A stretch of 60,608 bases of DNA, filler included, from Pirum gemmata (taxonomy: Eukaryota), in NCBI GenBank assembly GCA_002812295.1. It is 14 parts of 14 records of this genome, joined end to end, with 100 filler letters (N's around TTAATTAATTAA, not from the genome) between each part and the next. Parts side by side here need not be neighbours in the genome. Positions count along the whole stretch, not along the records: positions 52,060 to 56,254 come from PDIN01001369.1; positions 56,355 to 60,608 come from PDIN01001370.1; 12 more parts are not named here. One strand, written 5' to 3'. The translations under genes and the position numbers were made by a program. Under the pieces are notes generated by a model that was not told where the DNA came from, searched no databases, and saw only the letters and a list, made by a program, of their open reading frames with translations. Shown piece by piece: positions 52,196 through 60,608 of the stretch. The first letter of the stretch is position 1. Every line of letters begins with the position of its first letter.

Positions 52196-53786
52196 GCAAC
52201 AGCCACCCCACCCCCACCGCAACAACAACCACGATCACCATCGCCTGATACTGTATACCAGGCAGCCGCAGCACAAGCAGCACATGTACAAGCAGCACCG
52301 TACGCAGCACTAATCAACTTGCAGAATGCGCCTGTTCAAAGACAGCCTGACCAAAACCAACAGTGTGTAGGCGATACCAAAATTATTGCCCCAGAAATCG
52401 CAGCTTACCAAACCTTTACCAATTACCTGTCCAGACCCCGGCAGTATTACACCAAAGCTACAGCATCAACAGCAAGGACAAGCCCCCGTGGTACCAATAC
52501 TCGGTCATCAATTTCATGTCCCGCCTCCCCAACCCCATAGGCCAATTCCCGGTGGACTAGCAGGAGTATATACTATTTTAACCAAGTAGACCAAAACCAA
52601 GCTTAGATTTTATTGATATAGAGCTGATAATATCGTATAATATTATGACTATTATACAAAACATGATCAGGATACTTTACGCTACATTCGTTAATCAGAT
52701 GACCCCCATGACCATTATGGTTGGTGCAATTATAAAATAAATAAAATAAATAAAATAAACAAACAAATAAAATAAAATAAATAAATTAGATGAAAGTAAT
52801 AATATAAATAATATAAATAATATAAATACAATACATAAAATAAATTTAAATAAACTAATTTAATTAAAAAATAATTACAATAAATAACATAAATAAAATA
52901 AATAATATAACTAAAATAAATAAAATGAAGTAATACGGAGGTCCATGGCCAAGATAGTAAGTCGAGTAAATGTACCCACCATAATGCATACATGGCCATG
53001 GGTCGTCTTTTAACGATTGTAGTGTAAAGTATCCTGATTCTTATAAATATAATCATATTTTGTATAATATTTTCACCTCTGAATAAGATATATTTTTCAA
53101 TTTTCACTCCACACTTTCCATCCGCATGGGTTTAATTCTAAAACATACCAAATTAACATTTTGTACCAACTTATCGTTTATCCAAATTATATCTATAATT
53201 TGACTCACTATCTTTTCACAACAGGACCTGTCTAGGTTAATGTAATTATAATAGTACCTTGTTGCAGAAAATTTTACTGATAATCTAAAATTATTCCATA
53301 GTTCTCTAATACACTAGTATTTTTAATAGATTAAAATTTTACTGAAAACAGGTTCAAAATCATGTCAATACTAACTTACAAATTATGTTATTATAACTTT
53401 AATTAAATTTATTATGTTATAATCAAGGAGTAATTATATAATTAATATTATAATGTTTATATAATAGCTATATAATTATATTGAAAATTGCTTAATAAAA
53501 TTTATTATGAATTATGATGCATGCAAATTTAAATACAAATTCATATTTTGATATCCTCATAACATGTGCTAATAATTATGAAAAAATCCACTGGAGCTGC
53601 TCGCGCTAAAAAAAAAATCAATAATTATTTTTAATACGTATACGTTAATAATCTGAGTAACTATCAATTCAAATTTAAACCTCCTATGAACTCCTATGGG
53701 GAAAATGATGTGGATGCAGTAGATCAGTATTTTGAAGACAATCGAAAATTTATCTTAATTTTAAGCTTGTGATTTTCATTTATATA

Positions 53787-53845
<59 letters not shown>

Positions 53846-54379
53846 TGAATATTTATCTGAAGGACTAGAACCCTTAATTAAAAATTGACTTTAATTTTTT
53901 TAATTATATCAAATTAAATTAAATAAAATGGATTTACATTGTATTATGATGTCAAAATAACTGAAAAGCACCATGAGTACAAAAGGGTTTAGTTCTCATG
54001 AAATCACATCACTATATTATATTCTCAGGGGTGTTTGTATACTGAGAGTATAGACAAATGGCAGAAAGTAAAAACCATGTTACAAGTAAAAGATTTGTAT
54101 GGTAATGCATGGGGTAGTATGGGGTTGTGGAACTAGCTAAACGATTAGTGATTATAGAAGATAAGTTCTATTACAAATACAATATTTTTATCACTGATGA
54201 CGTACAAAAGGAGTTTCCAAATCAAAAAATCTTGTATGAAACATCTACTTACCTTAAATATAAAATTCCTGTATGCGAGTATTATTTGAAAGTAGATGCT
54301 TTATATCCTGATTTAGACTGTAATATGTGGTTTAAATACAAGAACAAATTATCATAAATGAATAATCCAATATTAAAAA

Positions 54380-54885
54380 TCTTTTACTACATATGTTATA
54401 CCACTGAACACCCTTTATATTTTTAAAAAAAAAGAATCTTGTCGTAATTCATAATTTAATTGCACATCAGAATTTATTCAGATTCTTTAAATATTTAAAT
54501 TGTTAGGTTCGTTCTTTTACTATACATAGTATACAACTGAACACCCTTGTTTTTTTTTTAAAAAAAAAAAAGAATCTTGTTGTAATTCATAATTTAATTG
54601 CACATCTTTTAATTAATATTTAAATTGGTAGGTTCTAATATATTATATATTATATGATAATATATTATATTTATAATATAAAGTAGTATAAAGTCTTGTA
54701 GTTGTTTGATTATTGAATAAATGAAAATGACATTATAAATGAATGATCAAATATTACACAGTAAAAGTTCGTTCTTTTACTTAAATTAATACCACTGAAC
54801 ACTCTTGATTTGTTAAGAATTTTGTCGTAATTCATAATTTAATTAATTACACATCTTTAATAATATTCAAATTGGTAGGTCCTAA
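54380..54885. repeat. Three diverged ~125-bp direct repeats downstream of the PP1-binding gene
   Basis: CTTTTACT..ACTGAACAC..AAGAAT(C/T)TTGT(C/T)GTAATTCATAATTTAATT..TAGGT at ~54380, ~54510 and ~54770. Confidence 0.85.
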
Positions 54886-54975
54886 TTTATATGTTTTTAT
54901 TAAAAATTATTGGTTTTCTAAATTAGAATAGTATAAAAAAACCTGGGAAAGTTTATTGAGCAGAAATCTCTTTAT

Positions 54976-55983
54976 TTAATCTTTAATTGATCGTTGCCTG
55001 TTCATTAATGTTTCTTGCTCTTGTTCTAATTTCAGCTCCAAAAGTCTACGTCTTCTCAGGTGTGCTCGTTTTTCATGACTGGTCGTTCGACTAATGTTTG
55101 CTCTACTCTTTTTATGCACAACCATTTCATTCATAAGGTAGAATCGGAGTTCTTCCTCGATCTTTAATCTTTCTTCTGTGGTATATTTTTTATAAAATAT
55201 ATTTTTGCGACTGTATACCAAAGAAGAAAAAGTTTCCCTGACCTCAATAGCATGAAGAAAAGATACCTTTTTCTTATTATCAACCTTTTTAACCGGATTA
55301 ATTTTATCTATGATTATGCTGATAAGGTTGCTAACTTTATTATCGTTATTAATAACGATAATAGATTTGGGAACCTCCATATTATCTTTATTATTTCTAC
55401 CATCTTTACCATCGGATTCTATATTACCTTTATCATCATTATCATTATTATCATCATCATTATCTTTATTATTTTTACCATCTTTACCATCGGATTCTAT
55501 ATTACCTTTATTGTTAACTTTGATACTCTCTAACTTAGGAGTGGATAATGAAGGGGCCGAAACAGATGCTCGAACATTATATTTGCACTCTTGGGGGTGT
55601 TGAAGACGAAGTTTAGTCCCTAATTCATAATATGATACTGAATTACTTAAAGTGTTTTCAAAGTTTTCATTGTTAGCATCACTATCATCTTCTGTATCAT
55701 TAAAAATATGTAACTCCAAACATTCAACATTTAATTCTGTCACATTTTCAGTGTCAGCGAAGCAATGCAGGTGTTGCTTGTGTCGATGTTTTCTAGCTTT
55801 GGAATTGGAAAAGAAATTAAAAATTTTTGACATACTATTGGATTTCTTTAGTTGTTTTTGTTGTAGTAGTAGCTCGTCTTCCCATTGGAATGGTTGTGGG
55901 TTATGTTCTCTAAGTTGTTCGTTGTTGCTTGCTTCCTCTAGCAACAACGCAACGGTTTTTATCCTACTTTGTATAGTTGTCAT
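54976..55983 (-). CDS. Phactr/Bni4-type PP1-binding C-terminal-domain protein, 335 aa, intronless
   Basis: KKVSF (RVxF) then EVRETFSSLVYSRK...KIEEELRFYLMNEMVVHKKSR, matching the YDRR...IxxELNxFK.EMxVHxxS signature. ATG in A-rich context at 55983. KGNIESDGKDG.NNKDN occurs twice. Confidence 0.8.
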   Translation of the reverse strand: MTTIQSRIKTVALLLEEASNNEQLREHNPQPFQWEDELLLQQKQLKKSNSMSKIFNFFSNSKARKHRHKQHLHCFADTENVTELNVECLELHIFNDTEDDSDANNENFENTLSNSVSYYELGTKLRLQHPQECKYNVRASVSAPSLSTPKLESIKVNNKGNIESDGKDGKNNKDNDDDNNDNDDKGNIESDGKDGRNNKDNMEVPKSIIVINNDNKVSNLISIIIDKINPVKKVDNKKKVSFLHAIEVRETFSSLVYSRKNIFYKKYTTEERLKIEEELRFYLMNEMVVHKKSRANISRTTSHEKRAHLRRRRLLELKLEQEQETLMNRQRSIKD

Positions 55984-56217
55984 TGTTTTTTTTTTAATTG
56001 ATTTTTTAAAAAAAAACAATGACAACTATACGAACAACTTAGAGAATATAACCCACAACTATTCCAATGGGAATCCAATAGTATGTCAAAAAAAATTTAA
56101 TTTCTTTTCCAATCTAAAGCTAGAAAACATCGACACAAACAACACCTCTATGCTAAAAACCGTTACTTTGTTACTAGTTCAAACAAGCAACAATATGAAA
56201 AGTAGTTTAAAATCCTT

Positions 56218-56254
<37 letters not shown>

Positions 56255-56728
56255 NNNNNNNNNNNNNNNNNNNNNNNNNNNNNNNNNNNNNNNNNNNNTT
56301 AATTAATTAANNNNNNNNNNNNNNNNNNNNNNNNNNNNNNNNNNNNNNNNNNNNAATTTCAATTTTTCGTCAAAAATTGATTTTTGACGAAAAAAAAAAA
56401 GTTGCCAAAAAGGCTATAAACCAAAGCCTATTTTTTTCAACTATTTTCCAGAATTTTCCTATGTATGATATTGTTATATAAAACACTTGTTCTAATTAGC
56501 AGAAAAACAAAACAATCTTTTTTGGTTATAATTAGAGTAATATTATATATGAGTTATATTTTAACTACCAAACCGAATAAAAATGGTGACATTCTCCATA
56601 TAATAAAAGAGTACCAAATTAATACAATATAAATCCATTTTATTTAATTTGGCATATTTTATAATCTAATTATTAATTTAAAAATATCAATTTAAATATT
56701 ATAACCAACAAAACAAATATTCAGAGTG

Positions 56729-57040
56729 ACAAAATAAATGAGAAAAACAATATTATTATCATTAATTTTAAAATGAGTTTATTATATTAACACTAGTATT
56801 GTGATTATTAGTATATATTTATAAATTAGGGATTATTTATGCAGATGGAGCAATAGTGTTTTCCAAAGTTTTCAATTCGTTGTTACAAAATAAATGAGAA
56901 GAACAATATTATTATCATTAATTTTAAAATGAGTTTATTATATTAACACTATTATTGTGATTATTAGTATATATTTATAAATTAGGGATTATTTATGCAG
57001 ATGGGGCAATAGTGTTTTCCAAAGTTTTCAATTCGTTGTT
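56729..57040. repeat. Tandem duplication (~155 bp) of the DUF1499 gene 3' end and 3' UTR plus a MITE-A end
   Basis: 56729-56883 is nearly identical to 56885-57040. Confidence 0.92.
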
Positions 57041-57466
57041 ATAAGCTTTTCTCAACATTTCGACTCTTTTTCTATTTAAACCATTATCACCACAACCCAC
57101 GCGACTAGCACTGCGTACATGCATTACCCCAGGTTCCCCTTCCAAGCATAAAAACTCAACATCATCTTTGAACTTCAATACTTTTGTTTGAAAAATGGCA
57201 TGAGTATATTTATTATTATCATTATTATCATTATTATTATCGGTAACAACTTTACATCCTTCTTGTTTAGCAAGTACTTTGGTTATAACTTTGGTCGGTT
57301 CTAATTCTTGGTAGGCCTCAGGATTTTCAATGTATTTTTCTGAGATAGTAAAAGGTTCTATTTTACAATATTTGCGCTCAGATTTAGAGTAAACGCAATT
57401 GAAAAAAGGTGCATTTGGGGCATTTTGAAGCCCATCCTTATTTTTGTTGATTCCAATTTTAACCAT
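56993..57466 (-). CDS. DUF1499-family protein, 157 aa, intronless
   Basis: NCVYS...IEPF...FKDDVEF...MHVRSASRVGCGDNGLNRKRVEMLR matches the DUF1499 PNCVSS / FxDDVEF / VRSASRxGxSDxGxNRxR motifs. Confidence 0.9.
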   Translation of the reverse strand: MVKIGINKNKDGLQNAPNAPFFNCVYSKSERKYCKIEPFTISEKYIENPEAYQELEPTKVITKVLAKQEGCKVVTDNNNDNNDNNKYTHAIFQTKVLKFKDDVEFLCLEGEPGVMHVRSASRVGCGDNGLNRKRVEMLRKAYNNELKTLENTIAPSA

Positions 57467-58273
57467 TTTTTTTTTGTTTGTTTGTTGATTTGTTGTTGTT
57501 TGCTTTTTCAATTTTTTCAATTTTTTTCAATTTTTTTAATTTTTTGTTTTTTTTTTGTTTTTTGTTTTGTGTGTTTTGTTTTTTTGTTTTGTTTTGTTTT
57601 TTTTGTTTTTTTTGTTTTGTTTCAAGGTTTTTATATTAGTTCTCATGATTATAATTTATAAACTACTTGGACTTTTTTTTTTTTTTTTAGTATTCTAGAT
57701 ATTATTATTATTAAAATTTACTCCTCCAGAAATACATAATAAAAGCAGTATCATAAACAACAAAATTTATTATTATTAATTATTATTATTATTATTATTA
57801 TTATTATTGGTATTGTTATTTATTATTAGTGGTACCGGTATTATTATTTATTAATATTATTTGTTTTGTTTGTTTTGTTTTATTTATTTTACTTATTTAT
57901 TTATGTATTTATTTATTTTAACTTATTAATATAACCCAAGAACTGGCAAGTTTGTTGATTACAGTTAATAATATCATGCTAAATAAATATGATAATTACG
58001 TCGTACAATACCAGTATAAATAGATAATAACATACACCAAATTAAATTAAATGGATTATATTTTATTAATTTGATATCCTTTATTTTGTATTTTATGATA
58101 GCAACACAACTGAAAAGCACTGTAAAATTTATCAATGGTCAATACAATACAATTCAATTAATATTAATATTGTAATACAATAAATTTCATAATTATGTAT
58201 ACGTATTATAATACAATACAATGTTAATTAATAACACTACGTATGTTAATACGCCATAGAACAATACAATTAA

Positions 58274-58392
58274 GGTTAGGGTTAGGGTTAGGGTTAGGGT
58301 TAGGGTTAGGGTTAGGGTTAGGGTTAGGGTTAGGGTTAGGGTTAGGGTTAGGGTTAGGGTTAGGGTCAGGGTTAGAGTTAGGGTTAGGGTTA
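58274..58392 (+). repeat. Interstitial (TTAGGG)n array. Shorter ones at 69-101, 18659-18678, 29950-30000, 34575-34606 and 35521-35545
   Basis: Read directly; unique sequence on both sides. Confidence 0.92.
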
Positions 58393-59871
58393 TAAAACAT
58401 AAAATTCAATGTTGTATTATAATTAATAGCATAATTATTTTAAATTAATGCAATAACTCGATTCGATGCAATATATCAAGTGTAATTTAATACAATACAA
58501 CAAACATGGGTCGTCTATTTCATTGCAGTTGTCCTCTCAATCTTTAATTTGATACTGTTTGCGTGTATAATTGAACTTTTTTATAAAATACAACATTAAG
58601 TATAAAATACCAAATTAATTAAAATGTGTCTGATAGTTTAACCACAATAATAATTTGGTACATGGAAAACACTATTGAAAAACACGATACATGTACACTA
58701 CTGTTGCATGATATTATTAGTATATTGTAATGTATTAATAATAATATTATGATATTATATAGCACAATATTATAATACCGGTATAATACAATGCAAACAA
58801 AGCAAAAGAATAATATTATAATAATATTTAATACAATATTAATATTTTATTAAACAATTAATGTATATCAAATACAATGTAATACAATTTACACTATTAA
58901 TACACTACACTACACTACGTATACAATACAATATTATACAATACAATACAATACAATACAATACAATACAATACAATACAATACAATACAGTACAGTACA
59001 GTACTTGTACAGTACAGTACAACAATACAATACAATACAATTGATATACAATATAATACAATACAATATAATTCGATGCAATACAATACAGTACAATACA
59101 ATATATTAATAAAATAGAATAAAATACAATAAAATATCAATACAATACAATATACAAGGCATGACAATACAATACATTATTATACACGAAGCAAATTCAA
59201 ATTCAAAACAAAAGCGTAATAGCATATAATATAATAATGTTAATAAAATAAATAAAGGAAAAATATAATACACAATAGAAATTTACAATTTCAAACAAAG
59301 TCAAAACAACACATTATAGTATTGATTAGAAAAACCAACATATCATAAACAAAACATAACAGAATATCGATAAAATATTTTTTAAAAAAACAAAAACAAA
59401 AACAAAAACATGACTAAAAAAGTTTGGTGCTTTTTTTTTTTTGGTTCATACTTTTTGGTTTTGTTTTGTTTTTGCAAAAGTGAAATACTCGGTCACGTGG
59501 GAGAGTTCAAATAATACGTCACGTCAAGTGGTAGGTAAGTAGGTGGTATTTGACCGGAAATTAACGTCGAGGGGTAGGTAGATAAGGGTATTTGAAGCTG
59601 TATTTGGCCAGAAATTGGCGTTACGTAGTACGTAGTATTTGAATTTTGAACGCTCCCATTCTGCTCAAACCTGAAAACTCAAATTTCTGCTGTCAAAAAA
59701 AGCCAAAATTCCGCTCCGTTCGAAAAATATTTTTTTTTCATATTTTTCGGGTGTATTAATAAATAAATATATTTGAATAATTAATTGTAAGCTTAAAAAC
59801 ATATTTCGAACTTATTAATTAATACATAGACTCAAAATCTCGATTTTTTAAAAACCGATTGGGAGAAGCTA

Positions 59872-60057
59872 TTGTGCTTTTCAGTTGTTTTGTCATTATA
59901 AAATATTATAATAAAGAATACCAAATTAGTACAACATAAATCCATTTCATTTTATTTGGTATATTTTATTATCTATTTATTCATTTAAATATGTCAATTT
60001 AAATACTATAACCATCCAAATAAATATTCAGAGTGACAAAATAAATGAAAAGCACAA
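59872..60057. mobile_element. MITE family A (~185-190 bp, TIR TCGTGCTTTTCA), representative copy flanked by TA
   Basis: Conserved core GTCACTC(C/T)GAATATTTATTTGG...TTGTATATTTTATGATGACAAAACAACTGAAAAGCACGA. Other full or partial copies at ~9183-9374, 10718-10870, 12029-12212, 12378-12553, 17971-18155, 19126-19299, 19613-19740, 22186-22375, 27776-27928, 32038-32207, 33182-33355, 53880-53972, 56605-56750 and 58020-58120. Confidence 0.93.
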
Positions 60058-60608
60058 TAGAGAGGTTTTTTTTTCTAAATATGGCAATTTGACAAAGGAA
60101 AAAGAAAAAAAACGAAAAAAAAAATAAGGTCATTAATTGACCAATCATATTAATTTATCTAATTCCCAAAAAAAAAATCACTAATTCGAAAATCGATTTA
60201 TCATTTGTCATCTCAATCTTTAATTTAGTAATGTTTATTTAAGTTTATACTTGAACTTGTTTATAAAATCCAAAACTAAGTATAAAATACCAAAATTGTC
60301 TGATAGTTTAACTATAATAACAATTTGGCATGTTTATTTCAGTTTTTGAACAAGGAAAAACAAACATTGCACCCGGTGCGATTTTCGTTTTGGTTCTGTT
60401 TGTGGTCAGAGTGTTTTTGGTTTTTGGTTTTTGGTTTTAGCCTAGCTAGCTAGCTAGTAGCTACTAGCTAGTAGCTACTCTAAAAGCTAGAGCAGACTAG
60501 CTAGTAGCTACTAGTATGGGGGTGTTCAAATAATACGTCACGTCAAGGGGTAAGTAGGTAGGTGGTATTTGACTGGAAATTAACGTCGAGGGATAGGTGG
60601 TAGGCAGG

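Noticed and set aside
54000..54357. Short aromatic-rich ORF
   Set aside because: Non-ATG start, upstream stops and no recognisable family; at most a decayed fragment
55652..56302. 216-aa plus-strand ORF and other antisense ORFs over real genes
   Set aside because: Shadow frames of the minus-strand gene running into a microsatellite and Ns

Overview
This window is very AT-rich, microsatellite-dense eukaryotic DNA with GT-AG introns and TTAGGG repeats. The likely source is a unicellular holozoan or other protist; this is inference. It is not one locus: 13 artificial N~44-TTAATTAATTAA-N~44 linkers join 14 small scaffolds of about 4.0-4.35 kb, so adjacency across a linker means nothing. Supported genes: a spliced GH1 beta-glucosidase; two divergently oriented RING E3 gene starts (one RING-H2, one ZNF598/Hel2-like); an EGF + GGAI/FxxN beta-helix protein with a single in-frame TGA; a Tyr-motif/PxxP-rich 440-aa protein; a Phactr/Bni4-type PP1-binding protein whose start codon lies in a hairpin; and an intronless bacterial-type DUF1499 gene. 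The rest holds a decayed LINE, a decayed ISL2EU/Harbinger-type transposase and at least seven TIR/MITE families. The most striking signal is the pervasive TAGCTA/TAGACTA/TATCATA/TATCGATA/TATTAATA/TACATGTA sequence. It parses as TA + 1-6 nt matching the ends of resident TIR elements + TA. Several paired-copy comparisons show such a word inserted at a single TA, which suggests that much of the intergenic DNA is stacked, self-amplifying transposon excision footprints.
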